Origin: Candidatus Oxydemutator sp.
GTDB lineage: Bacteria; Pseudomonadota; Gammaproteobacteria; Poriferisulfidales; Oxydemutatoraceae
Length of the DNA stretch: 64,000 bases
Assembly: GCA_965203445.1 (NCBI GenBank)
Contig: OZ241883.1
Coordinates: forward strand, 768,001 to 832,000
Direction: 5' to 3'
A program made the position numbers and the translations under genes. Shown one piece after another: positions 50,964 to 60,141 of this stretch. The stretch's first letter is position 1; every line of letters begins with the position of its first letter. Under the pieces are notes generated by a model that did not search any database, had not been told where the DNA came from, and saw only the letters and a list, made by a program, of their open reading frames with translations.

Positions 50964-51422
50964 CTAATACCGACCCGAATGTCCGAAGCCGCCAGCACCG
51001 CGCGCGCTTTGCTCGAAGTCCGCGACCACCTCGAAACGTACGCGCGCGACCGGCACGAACACCATCTGCGCGATACGCTCTCCCGGTTCGACGCGGTAGC
51101 TGCGCGTGCCGCGGTTCCAGCACGACACGAACACCTGCCCCTGGTAGTCCGAATCGATCAGGCCGAGGCCGTTGCCGAGCACGATGCCGTGTTTGTGCCC
51201 CAGCCCCGAACGCGGCAGGATGACCGCGGCGTAGCCGGGATCGCCGACGTGCACCGCAAAACCGGTCGGAATCAGCGCCGCGTCGCCGGCGTCCAAGGTT
51301 ACGGCCTGCTCCACGCAGGCGCGCACGTCCACGCCGGCGGAACCCGCGGTCGCGTAGTCCGGTAGCGGAAAATCGTCGCCTAAGCGCGAATCCAGTATCT
51401 TAAGCCGTATCGCTTTGCTCAC
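50964..51422 (-). CDS. dut: dUTP diphosphatase
   Basis: [36 protein letters not shown] motifs. Confidence 0.97.
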   Translation of the reverse strand: MSKAIRLKILDSRLGDDFPLPDYATAGSAGVDVRACVEQAVTLDAGDAALIPTGFAVHVGDPGYAAVILPRSGLGHKHGIVLGNGLGLIDSDYQGQVFVSCWNRGTRSYRVEPGERIAQMVFVPVARVRFEVVADFEQSARGAGGFGHSGRY

Positions 51423-52689
51423 GCGCGTGCGAAGTTTCGCGGTAGCGCGCGACGATGCACCGCATCAGCCGCGCCGCCAGTTCGGTCTTCGGCGCCGGGC
51501 CGAGGCGCGTGCTTGGGCGCGCGCCGCCGCCGCGCCAGTACACGTCCACCAAGTTGTCGTCGCCGCCGTAGCCGTAGCCGTCGCCGGCGCCGACGCGGTT
51601 GGCCACGACCACGTCGAGATTTTTTTTCAGCAGTTTCGCCTTGGCGTTGGCCTCGACGGCCTCGGTCTCGGCGGCGAAGCCGACGCGGAACAAATGCGGA
51701 TACCGCCGGCCCGCGCTCTCGAGGACGTCCTCGGTCTCCACCAGCTCGAGCGCGAAGCCGCCGGACGAGTGCGCGGACTTCTTGATCTTGCGCCGCGCCG
51801 CCGTCGCCGGACGGTAATCGCTGACCGCGGCGCAGGCGATGAAGACGTCGGCGTCGGCGAGTTGCGCACGGGCCGCGGCCGCCACGTCCGCGGCCGAGGT
51901 CACGTCTATGCGCCGCAGCGTGCCGGCGACCGCGGCCGGCGTCGCCAGCGCCACCGGCCCGGCTATCAACGTGACGTCGGCGCCGAGGTCGCACGCCGCC
52001 TGCGCCATCGCAAAACCCATGCGCCCCGAACTGTGGTTCGTAAGGCAACGTACCGGGTCCAGCGCCTCGCGCGTCGGCCCGGCCGTGACCACGACCTTGC
52101 GCCCCCGCAACGGGCGGTCGCCGAACAGCCGCCGCAGGCGCGCGACAATTTCATCCGCCTCGATCATGCGCCCGGCGCCGGAATCGCCGCACGCCTGGGC
52201 ACCCGCCGCCGGCCCCCAGATCAGCACGTCGCGCTCGCGCAGGCACGCGACGTTGGCGCGCGTCGCCGGGTTTTCCCACATGCGGCGGTTCATCGCCGGC
52301 GCGACCGCCACCGGGCCTTCCGCCGCCAGGCAGGTCATCGAGAGCAGATCGTCCGCCAGACCGTGCGCCAGTTTCGCAAGCAGGTTCGCGCTGGCCGGCG
52401 CGACCAGCACCAGGTCGGCCCACTGTGCGAGATCAATATGCTTCATGCCGCTGCCGCCGTCGCCGCCAGCGTCGTCATTGTCGCCGCCGGCGTCGAAAGC
52501 GTCGCTCTCGACCGGCCTTCCGGCGAGGCCGTGCAGCGTCAGTTCGGTGATAAAAGCGCGCGCGGCGGCGCTCATCACGACGCGCACTTCGCACTCGGCG
52601 CGGCGCAATTCGCGCACCAGCACGGCACTTTTATACGCGGCGATGCTGCCGCAGACGCCGAGCAGCACGTTGGGGCGGGCGGCGGACAT
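51400..52689 (-). CDS. coaBC: Phosphopantothenoylcysteine decarboxylase/synthetase
   Basis: [56 protein letters not shown]. Confidence 0.96.
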   Translation of the reverse strand: MSAARPNVLLGVCGSIAAYKSAVLVRELRRAECEVRVVMSAAARAFITELTLHGLAGRPVESDAFDAGGDNDDAGGDGGSGMKHIDLAQWADLVLVAPASANLLAKLAHGLADDLLSMTCLAAEGPVAVAPAMNRRMWENPATRANVACLRERDVLIWGPAAGAQACGDSGAGRMIEADEIVARLRRLFGDRPLRGRKVVVTAGPTREALDPVRCLTNHSSGRMGFAMAQAACDLGADVTLIAGPVALATPAAVAGTLRRIDVTSAADVAAAARAQLADADVFIACAAVSDYRPATAARRKIKKSAHSSGGFALELVETEDVLESAGRRYPHLFRVGFAAETEAVEANAKAKLLKKNLDVVVANRVGAGDGYGYGGDDNLVDVYWRGGGARPSTRLGPAPKTELAARLMRCIVARYRETSHAREQSDTA

Positions 52690-52989
52690 GGCCGACAGTG
52701 TATCGAGAGGCCGGCGAACAGTAAAGAAGGCGCGACGACGGATTCAATGACAATGACGGATTACACCCGGTTCATCCGGCTTGCGAAATCGAATCTCGTT
52801 TCCCCGAAATTGCCGGCCCTCGCCATTCTTACTCAACGGCGAAAATCCGGCAAACGGCGGCGCGCGCGGCCGCGCACCATGCCGGATTGTCGGTTATCCG
52901 AAAATCCCGCCTGAACCAGATAAGAGATTGTCGCATCGGCATCCCCCATCCGCGGACCACCGAGGCGAAGGGCGCGTGCCCGATACGCT

Positions 52990-53472
52990 TTATTCCTCTT
53001 CCCGGCGCCAGTGACCGGAACGACCGCCCGCTTTTTCCATCAGGCGAACGTCGCTGATGATCATGGCGCGGTCGGCCGACTTGCACATGTCGTAAATCGT
53101 CAACAACGCGATCTGCACCGCGGTCAGCGCCTCCATCTCGACGCCGGTGCTGGCGCGCGTCTCGACGCGCGCGCGACATACGACCGACGGCGGCTCGGCG
53201 ACGGTCTCGAAGTCCACGGCGATCGCGGTCAGCGGCAGCGGGTGGCACAACGGCACCAGGTCGGCGGTCTTCTTGGCGGCCATGATCGCGGCCAGGCGGG
53301 CCGCGCCCAGGACGTCGCCCTTGCGGTGGGCGGCGGAGGCGACGCCCTCCAGCGTCTCGCGCGACATCAGAATGCGGCCTTCGGCGACGGCGCGACGCCG
53401 CGTCGCGTCCTTGTCGCCGACGTCCACCATGCGCGCCTCGCCGCGTTTGTCGAAATGTGTGAACCCGGCCAC
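52990..53472 (-). CDS. moaC: Cyclic pyranopterin monophosphate synthase
   Basis: [51 protein letters not shown]; start placed at GTG 53472. Confidence 0.95.
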   Translation of the reverse strand: MAGFTHFDKRGEARMVDVGDKDATRRRAVAEGRILMSRETLEGVASAAHRKGDVLGAARLAAIMAAKKTADLVPLCHPLPLTAIAVDFETVAEPPSVVCRARVETRASTGVEMEALTAVQIALLTIYDMCKSADRAMIISDVRLMEKAGGRSGHWRREEE

Positions 53473-53772
53473 CAGAATACCCGCGCCCGCAAACTCGCGG
53501 ACGACACGTCTGATAATAGCAGACTCCGCCGTCCCCGTAAGGACGGCCCTGAACCCCTCTCTGAGGAGAAGGGTAGGAGGCAGGGTGCGGAAGTTCAATG
53601 TTTCAAAGGAGGACGTGCTCTATTTACTTTTGACGGTTAACAAGGCTATTATGCATAGGTACTTGGTGGGCGATCTGAAAAATCTTGAAGACCAACTGAA
53701 ACAAAATGAAACATGACAAGCGCATGCAGACGGACGCAGTACCCGCCACGCGTGCACTGCGCCGCTGATGCA

Positions 53773-53970
53773 ATGCCTCGGAAAATCAGAGAACTTATTG
53801 CTGAATTAGAAAGAGCCGGGTTTGCTAATCGTGGTGGTAAAGGAGGACACAAAAATTTCACACATCCAAATGTTTCTAAACCAATAACTATTTCTGGCAA
53901 TAGTGGACAAGATGCCAAACGGTATTAAGAAATAGCGGTTAACAAGGCTATTAAGGAGGCAAAAAAATGA
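53773..53970 (+). pseudogene. hicA: HicA-family toxin with premature TAA (53926-53928)
   Basis: MPRKIRELIAELERAGF..RGGKGGHKNFTHP..ITISG..GQDAKRY*EIAVNKAIKEAKK*; the reading frame continues to a TGA overlapping the next ATG (ATGA 53967-53970). Confidence 0.78.
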
Positions 53971-54206
53971 AAGAAAGTGCAAAATATGCAAAAATTGTAG
54001 AATGGTCGGATGAAGACCAATGCTATGTTGGCAGTTGCCCAGGATTATTCTATGGAGGCTGTCATGGCGATAACGAAGAAAGTGTATTTTCTGAACTTTG
54101 TGTTATCGTTGAAGAAAATATTTCCTTACTGAAAAAGCAGGGAAAGACTTTGCCATTATCAACTTCGGGCAAAGACTATGCAAACAAAATGCTTGATCTT
54201 GCCTGA
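53967..54206 (+). CDS. hicB: HicB-family antitoxin (short form)
   Basis: YAKIVEWSDEDQCYVGSCPGL..GGCHGD...G.TLP pattern; AT-rich, coupled to the hicA-like gene. Confidence 0.78.
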   Translation: MKESAKYAKIVEWSDEDQCYVGSCPGLFYGGCHGDNEESVFSELCVIVEENISLLKKQGKTLPLSTSGKDYANKMLDLA

Positions 54207-54436
54207 CAAATCGCCCCAGCGGACGACTACGCCGCCGCCGAGTTTCATCGTTAAGCACCGGCGCTTGTGCGCCAGTTTCACTCAGGTCGCGGATTGCCAT
54301 GCGCTTGTTACCGCGCAAGCGTGGATGGGCAAAGATGGCAGCGGCGTCATCAGGCCCCCACCCCAGCCCTCTCCCAGAGGGAGAGGTGAACTGGCGCGCC
54401 AGTGTATATAGTCCTCTTAGTTCCCGATACCAAACG

Positions 54437-54676
54437 ATGATAACCGTCAAATATTTTGCGTATCTGCGCGAGCGCGTCGGGCGCGGCGAGGACGCGGTCG
54501 CAGCCGAAGGCATCGCCACCGTCGGCGAGTTGCGGCGTCTTCTCGCGGGCGGTGGCGGCGCGGCGGAGGAAATCGGCGGCGCGCTGTGCGCGGTCAACTA
54601 CGAATACGCCGACGACGACGCGCCGGTCGCGGACGGCGACGAGGTCGCGTTCTTCCCGCCGGTCACCGGCGGCTGA
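54437..54676 (+). CDS. moaD: Molybdopterin synthase sulfur carrier subunit
   Basis: MITVKYFAYLRE...AVN...DGDEVAFFPPVTGG, C-terminal GG. Confidence 0.95.
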   Translation: MITVKYFAYLRERVGRGEDAVAAEGIATVGELRRLLAGGGGAAEEIGGALCAVNYEYADDDAPVADGDEVAFFPPVTGG

Positions 54677-54704
54677 GCACGGGCGCCGTCGGCGCGACGC
54701 GGCG

Positions 54705-56090
54705 TTACTGCGGGCGCAACGCGAGAAACATCGCGCGCTTGCCGCGCAGCAGATTCAACAGGATCGGCTGGCTTTTTTTGACGAGACGGCGAAAACTCTC
54801 TAGGTCGGACACCGGGCGGCGACTGACCGACAGGATCAGGTCGCCGCTGCGCAGGCCGTTGCGGCGCGCCGGGCTGCCGGGCGCGACTTCCTTGATCAGG
54901 ATGCCGGCGCGCTTCGGCCCTTCTTGCTCCTGCACGACCAGCTGGGCGCCGGCCAGCCTGCGGTCTATGCGCCCGCCTTCGGTCGCCTCGACCTTGCGCG
55001 CGACGATGACCGCGCTGATGTCCAACCTTTCGCCGTCGCGCAGCACCCCAAGCTCGACCTCGGAACCGACGCGCAACAGACCGATGTAGTTGCGCATGTC
55101 GGCGCTGTTCTCAATCGGATCGCCGTCCACCGAGAGCACGACGTCGCCCGATTTCAAGCCGGCTTTGTCGGCCGCGGAGTCCGGTTCCACCTCGACGATG
55201 ACCGCGCCTTTCTGGCGCTCAAGACCGAAGGCCTCGGCCAGATCCGGCGTCAGCGGCTGGACGACCACGCCCAGGCGCCCGCGCCGGACTTCGCCGTGAT
55301 CGATCAGCTGCCTCGTGATGTTCATCGCCATGTTGACTGGAATCGCAAAACCGATGCCGATGTTGGCGTTGGGTCCCAGGATCGCGGTGTTGACGCCGAT
55401 CAACTCGCCCTTCAGGTTGATCAGCGCGCCGCCCGAATTGCCCGGGTTGATCGAGGCGTCGGTCTGGATGAAATCCTCGTAGGATTCGATGCCCAGCCCG
55501 CTGCGACCGAGCGCGCTGATGATGCCGAGGGTCACCGTCTGCCCAAGACGAAACGGGTTGCCGATCGCGACCGCGAAATCGCCGACTTGCAGTTGTTCCG
55601 AATCGCCGACCGGGATCTCGACGAGATCGTCGGCTTCGATCCGGATGACCGCGACGTCGGCCTCGGGGTCGGCGCCGACTACCTCGGCGCTGAAACGCCT
55701 GCCGTCGCCCAGCGTGACGTAGACGTCGTCGGCACCGTCTATCACGTGGTGGTTGGTGATCACGTAGCCTTCGTCGGCGTCTATGATGACGCCCGAACCG
55801 ATGCCGCTGCGGCGGCGCTCGCGCGTATCGTCGCGCGAGCGCGGCGGCTGCTCGAAGAAGCGCCGGAAAAACGGATCGTTGGAAAAGGGAAAGTTGCGCG
55901 AACGCCTGACCATCACGGTCTTCTCGGTCGAGATGTTGACGACCGCCGGCAGCGCCTTTTCCAGGATCGGCGCGAGCGTCGGGACGCCGCCGACTTCCGG
56001 CAACGCCGCGCGCCCGGGCGGCGCGCTCAGCGACAACGCAAAAACCACAGCCGGCAGCCAGCCGGCGACAACGGATTGCAGTCTGTTCAT
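54705..56090 (-). CDS. DegQ/DegP (HtrA) periplasmic serine protease
   Basis: Signal peptide, GSGVII, TNHHV, IQTDASINPGNSGGAL, two PDZ domains. Confidence 0.95.
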   Translation of the reverse strand: MNRLQSVVAGWLPAVVFALSLSAPPGRAALPEVGGVPTLAPILEKALPAVVNISTEKTVMVRRSRNFPFSNDPFFRRFFEQPPRSRDDTRERRRSGIGSGVIIDADEGYVITNHHVIDGADDVYVTLGDGRRFSAEVVGADPEADVAVIRIEADDLVEIPVGDSEQLQVGDFAVAIGNPFRLGQTVTLGIISALGRSGLGIESYEDFIQTDASINPGNSGGALINLKGELIGVNTAILGPNANIGIGFAIPVNMAMNITRQLIDHGEVRRGRLGVVVQPLTPDLAEAFGLERQKGAVIVEVEPDSAADKAGLKSGDVVLSVDGDPIENSADMRNYIGLLRVGSEVELGVLRDGERLDISAVIVARKVEATEGGRIDRRLAGAQLVVQEQEGPKRAGILIKEVAPGSPARRNGLRSGDLILSVSRRPVSDLESFRRLVKKSQPILLNLLRGKRAMFLALRPQ

Positions 56091-56196
56091 CAGTGCATTT
56101 TACTATGAACGTCGCGCGGTGCTTGTGGCTTAGCCGCTCGGGCGCGGCGCCGAGGACGGCCGGCGCGCGCGATTCACCGCGTCGCCGGTTGCCGAC

Positions 56197-56239
56197 AAAA
56201 ACGGGCGCCGCGCCCGCCGCGTGAGGCGGGCGCGGCGCC
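56197..56239 (-). terminator. Rho-independent terminator of the hsp20 gene
   Basis: 15-bp GC stem (56204-56218 / 56225-56239) followed on the minus strand by a T5 run (56197-56201). Confidence 0.75.
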
Positions 56240-56266
56240 GCAACACGTCACCGCTACGGCGAAGAC

Positions 56267-56695
56267 TCAGGACACTTCGACCGTGATTTTTTTCGGCAAC
56301 ACTTCCTCTTTCTTGCCGATGGTGATGGTCAACACGCCGTCTTTGCTGTTGGCGGAGATGCTCTCGGTGTCGGCCACCGCGGGCAGCGTGAAACGCCGCT
56401 GGTAGCTGCCGCTTATGCGCTCGACGTGGATGTACTCGCCGTCTTCTCCGCCGTTGTCACGACGGCGTTCCTCGGCGTGCTTCGCGTTGACGACGAGTTC
56501 GTCGTCTTCTACGTGCACGTCTATGCCGTCAGGCGTAACCCCCGGCAGGTCGAGCAGGAAAGTCCAGCCCTTGTCGTTTTCCCTGACGTCTACCGCCGGC
56601 GTCGCCGGACGGGACACGTCGGCGGCGGCGTGCGAAGTCGCGCCCAGCCACCTTCTCATGCCGTCAAAAAACGGATCGTAGTTTGTCAGATACAT
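56267..56695 (-). CDS. Small heat shock protein (Hsp20/alpha-crystallin)
   Basis: PAVDVRE, DLPGV, ERISGSYQRRFTLP, DGVLTI; AGGAGG RBS at 56702-56707. Confidence 0.93.
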   Translation of the reverse strand: MYLTNYDPFFDGMRRWLGATSHAAADVSRPATPAVDVRENDKGWTFLLDLPGVTPDGIDVHVEDDELVVNAKHAEERRRDNGGEDGEYIHVERISGSYQRRFTLPAVADTESISANSKDGVLTITIGKKEEVLPKKITVEVS

Positions 56696-56734
56696 GTTTC
56701 ACCTCCTCGCGTTTCGGTTCGCGGTTACTCCCAA

Positions 56735-56762
56735 ATCTGGGGGCGGAGAAAAAAAATTCAAG
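56735..56762 (-). promoter_or_regulatory. Sigma32 (RpoH)-type promoter of hsp20
   Basis: Minus strand CTTGAA-N14-CCCCAGAT, close to the consensus CTTGAA-N13-17-CCCCATNT. Confidence 0.75.
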
Positions 56763-56796
56763 GGCGCATCCGTGCCGCCGCGGTTATTTGCGCGGG

Positions 56797-57300
56797 TTAC
56801 TTGCGCGCGCCGCGACGCTCCTCGAAACGCCCGGCGTCGCGGTTCTTGACGACGCGGTCGCCGTCGAACACGGTGCCGTTCATTGCGACGTATACGCCCG
56901 GCGCCAGCAGTTGCACCGCGGCCAGCGCAAAACCGGCGTTGAACGCGGCGTCACTGTCTCGAAAGCGCGCCGGGGTCGCGGCCCCGGTCAGCACCACGGT
57001 CTTGCCGGCGACGGCGTCGCCGGCGAGCAGCGCGCGCGCGGTGTCGGCCATCGTGTCGGTGCCGTGGGTTACGACGAAGCGCCGGTTCGGGTCGCCGGCT
57101 ATGCGCTCGCGCAACAGGCGGCGGTCGTCGTCGGTCACGTCGAGACTGTCCTTGCCGATGAGCGCCTCGACGCGGTAATCGAAGACGACGTGCGCACCCT
57201 CTAGCAGCGCGCCGATCTGCGGCTCGCCGATACGGTAATCGCTGAGCGCGTCGTAGTAATTTTTGTCGAAAGTGCCGCCGGTGGCGAGTATGATGATCAT
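56797..57300 (-). CDS. Short asparaginase-domain protein
   Basis: ILATGGTFDK, KDSLD, VTHGTDTM, VVLTGA, DAAFN; start ATG 57300 lies within the duplicated target. Confidence 0.88.
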   Translation of the reverse strand: MIIILATGGTFDKNYYDALSDYRIGEPQIGALLEGAHVVFDYRVEALIGKDSLDVTDDDRRLLRERIAGDPNRRFVVTHGTDTMADTARALLAGDAVAGKTVVLTGAATPARFRDSDAAFNAGFALAAVQLLAPGVYVAMNGTVFDGDRVVKNRDAGRFEERRGARK

Positions 57301-57301
57301 A

Positions 57302-58555
57302 TGGGAATTATATGCAACGTTTGACAAAGCCAAACCTTGTATCCATTTGACGCTTCACGGGCCGAGTAACCTCGCCGCCTCCACGTCCAGCAGCCCTATT
57401 CCCGAGGGCCAGTACGTTCAACGCGGCATTCACATCCGCATTATCCCTATGCCCACAAACAGTACAGATAAATACTGCCTGGGTCTTTCTGTTTTCTTTA
57501 TCAACGCTCCCGCACTTGTTGCACGTCTGGCTTGTATATGCGGGATTGATGTAATTCGTATTCGTCTTGTAGTCCAGACACTGGTGGAACTTGCCCCAAC
57601 AAGACGCCAGGATTGCGCGGTTCAATCCGGCCTTTGCGCGGACATTCGTTGCGGGGTTATCCTTCGTTCCCTTGGCCCTTCTTGTCATCCCCCGATTGTT
57701 CAACTTCTCCAGATGGACAAGAGTGTATCCGTCGGCCACCCGCCTGGATACATCGTGGCACCAGTTTTGTCTGACGTGTCGCAACGTGGCTTGTGCTCTT
57801 CGGTGCAGCAACTGTGCGCGCATCCATCTGTTCGACGCCTTGATCCCCTTCTTGTGGTTCGGCCCCTGGCGCCTGGCCATCATTCTCTGATAATGCCTGA
57901 CGCGCCGCTCATGCCTTGTCGTATCCGGCATACAATACATCGTCCCGTCGGACAATGTTACTTGGCCGACGTTGCGGTCTATGCCGACTTCCCATACAGG
58001 CTTCCATGCTTCGACCTGCTCGACCTCGTATGTGATATACGCATACCACTTGCCGTATTCCCTCTTGACCGTACCGGACTTGGGCACACCGCCCGGGTAT
58101 GGGTTATGGCCAAGCAACAACACCTCGCCTATCCTCTGGATGTGCAAATAACAACCCGTCAGACGGAACGTTCCCGCCACCAACGGGAAACTATCGGGAC
58201 GGATATGCTTGGCATGGAAACGCGGCAGGCCGCCTTCCTCTTTGCAGAATTGTTTGTATGCGATTTCTATCGGTCTCAAAGAGTTCTTTACTATGTTCGC
58301 CGAATATTCCCGTAGCCATGTATCGTCATCCCTGCGCAACTCCGTGAAACGTTTACCAAGCGAATAAAATCGGTAATCGCACTCGCCATCTGTGGCATAC
58401 TCGTTACGCAACTTGCCCACAAAGTGATTCCACACGTACCGGCACGCGCCGGCCGTACCCGACAACTTGCGGGCCTTGGCTTGCGTCTGCGGATGCAAAC
58501 GGTATCTGATTGTCCGGTGTGCTTTCATCTTGTCAAACAAAGTATATAGTTCCCA
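57302..58555 (-). mobile_element. Non-autonomous tnpB-only element with 26-bp terminal inverted repeats and 6-bp target site duplication (ATCATA)
   Basis: TIRs 57302-57327 TGGGAATTATATGCAACGTTTGACAA and revcomp of 58530-58555 TGGGAACTATATACTTTGTTTGACAA (21/26 identical); ATCATA at 57296-57301 and 58556-58561; lower GC than flanks. Confidence 0.85.
57308..58528 (-). CDS. tnpB: RNA-guided endonuclease TnpB (apparently intact RuvC)
   Basis: N-terminal YRLHP...GACRYVWN; RuvC-I GIDRNV, RuvC-II HLEKLN, Zn ribbon TSQTCNKCG...FICTVCG, RuvC-III NADVNAALNV. Confidence 0.93.
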   Translation of the reverse strand: MKAHRTIRYRLHPQTQAKARKLSGTAGACRYVWNHFVGKLRNEYATDGECDYRFYSLGKRFTELRRDDDTWLREYSANIVKNSLRPIEIAYKQFCKEEGGLPRFHAKHIRPDSFPLVAGTFRLTGCYLHIQRIGEVLLLGHNPYPGGVPKSGTVKREYGKWYAYITYEVEQVEAWKPVWEVGIDRNVGQVTLSDGTMYCMPDTTRHERRVRHYQRMMARRQGPNHKKGIKASNRWMRAQLLHRRAQATLRHVRQNWCHDVSRRVADGYTLVHLEKLNNRGMTRRAKGTKDNPATNVRAKAGLNRAILASCWGKFHQCLDYKTNTNYINPAYTSQTCNKCGSVDKENRKTQAVFICTVCGHRDNADVNAALNVLALGNRAAGRGGGEVTRPVKRQMDTRFGFVKRCI

Positions 58556-58556
58556 A

Positions 58557-58862
58557 TCATATTTTCAGGCGCTCGACGATGTGGCCGCCGACGAGATGCC
58601 GCTCGACGATCTCGTCCACGTCTTCCTTCGATTCGTAGCGGTACCAGGTGGCGTCGGGGTAGAGTACCGCGACCGGCCCCTCGGCACAACGGTCGAGGCA
58701 GCCGGCGCGGTTGACGCGGAAAGCGCCCTGCCCCGAAAGGCCGAGCGCCTTGAGCTTGCGCTTGGCGTGGTCGCGCATCGCCTCGGCGTCGTGGTCGGCG
58801 CAACAGGCGCCGTCGTCGCGCTGATTCACGCAAAAGAACAAATGACGTTGGTAGAAAGACAT
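58557..58862 (-). CDS. Thioredoxin-like [2Fe-2S] ferredoxin
   Basis: HLFFCVNQR...CC, RVNRAGCLDRCAEGPVAVLYPDATWY, HLVGG..VERL. Confidence 0.92.
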   Translation of the reverse strand: MSFYQRHLFFCVNQRDDGACCADHDAEAMRDHAKRKLKALGLSGQGAFRVNRAGCLDRCAEGPVAVLYPDATWYRYESKEDVDEIVERHLVGGHIVERLKI

Positions 58863-60141
58863 GTGGAAAAGCCGTAGCCGGACGGACAATGATACAACAC
58901 GTCCGTATGGGAGGGCGCAGCAGGAGCTGCGCGAACGGCTGCGCGCGGGCGCCGACCGCTGCGTGATGTGCGGCCTGTGCCTGCCGCATTGTCCGACCTA
59001 CGGCGCGACGCGCAACGAGGCCGATTCGCCGCGCGGGCGGGTCGCGCTGATCGCGGCCCTCGCACGCGACCAACTGCGCACCGACGCGGCGCTTGCGACG
59101 CACCTCGACCAGTGCCTGCATTGCCTGCGCTGCCAGCGGGCGTGCCCGGCGAACGTCGCCTACGCCGGGCTGATAGACGGCGCCAAGGAACTGCTGCACG
59201 GCAAGGAAGCGCTGGCGGGGCCGCCGTTGTGGTTGCGTTGGGTGGTGGATTACGCGGCGGTGCGGCGGACGTTGGCCTTGGCGACAAGGGTCTGGCAGCG
59301 AAGCGGATTACAGGCGATGACGCGGCGGAGCAAATGGTGGCGGAAGACGAAAATCGGGCGGCTGGAGGCGATGCTGCCGCGCGCGCCCGCGCGAACACGC
59401 ACACCGTGGTCAACGCAAGAGCAAGCGCCTCGCGACCGCGAGGCGCGAAGTGCCGATGCCGACCTGTTCACCGGGTGCGTCGCCGAGATCGGCGATCAGG
59501 AAACGTTGAAAGCGGCGCGGCTGCTGCTGCACGCGGCCGGGTTCACGGTGCGGGTGCCGAAGGGGCAGGGGTGTTGCGGCGCGCTCGATCAGCATTCGGG
59601 AAATCCGCATAACGCGCGGCGCTGCATCGAGCGCAACCGCGCGGCGTTCGCCGGAACGGCGCCGATTATTTCGTGCGCGACCGGCTGCGGCGCACAATGG
59701 CGGCAACACGGCGGCGAGACGGCGGCGCGGCATTGCGACGTTCTCGACTTTCTGGCGGAGCACGGGTCGGCGCTCGCGTTCAGGCCACTGCCGGGAAAAG
59801 CGGCGTTACACGTCCCGTGTACGCAGCGCGATGCCGGCGGGTCGGCGGCGGCGCAACGCTTGCTGGCGCGTGTTCCGGCCCTGGCGCTGACCGATCTTCC
59901 CGACCGCAGCGGCTGTTGCGGCGCGGCCGGCCTGCACCTGTTGCGCCAGCCTGAGATGGGCGCGCGCCTGATTGCGGATAAAATAGACGCACTCGAGGCG
60001 ATGAACGTGAAGACACTGCTTACCACCAACGTCGGGTGCGCGATGCACTTTCGGCGCGCGCTGTCCGAGCGCGGGCTCGACGTCGCCGTGCTGCATCCGG
60101 TTTCGCTGCTGTGCCGGCAGCTTGCGGGAAGGACGCCGTGA
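58861..60141 (+). CDS. GlcF-like Fe-S protein (two 4Fe-4S motifs + CCG domains); true start probably further downstream
   Basis: CVMCGLCLPHCPTY, SPRGR, CLHCLRCQRACP, FTGC, GCCGAL, GCCGAAG, NVGCAMH. Confidence 0.85.
   Translation: MWKSRSRTDNDTTRPYGRAQQELRERLRAGADRCVMCGLCLPHCPTYGATRNEADSPRGRVALIAALARDQLRTDAALATHLDQCLHCLRCQRACPANVAYAGLIDGAKELLHGKEALAGPPLWLRWVVDYAAVRRTLALATRVWQRSGLQAMTRRSKWWRKTKIGRLEAMLPRAPARTRTPWSTQEQAPRDREARSADADLFTGCVAEIGDQETLKAARLLLHAAGFTVRVPKGQGCCGALDQHSGNPHNARRCIERNRAAFAGTAPIISCATGCGAQWRQHGGETAARHCDVLDFLAEHGSALAFRPLPGKAALHVPCTQRDAGGSAAAQRLLARVPALALTDLPDRSGCCGAAGLHLLRQPEMGARLIADKIDALEAMNVKTLLTTNVGCAMHFRRALSERGLDVAVLHPVSLLCRQLAGRTP

Noticed and set aside
49017-52914. Plus-strand ORFs of 782 and 499 aa
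   Set aside because: Antisense to well-supported argB/algC/dut/coaBC; GC-rich shadow frames.
52690-52989. Possible ncRNA or gene between coaBC and moaC
   Set aside because: No recognisable structure or coding signal that I can support.
58552-58555. TGGG next to tnpB as an IS607-type TAM/GG core
   Set aside because: The TGGG belongs to the inverted repeat present at both ends, and no matching direct GG occurs at the other end; the 6-bp duplication explains the junctions better. Not fully excluded.
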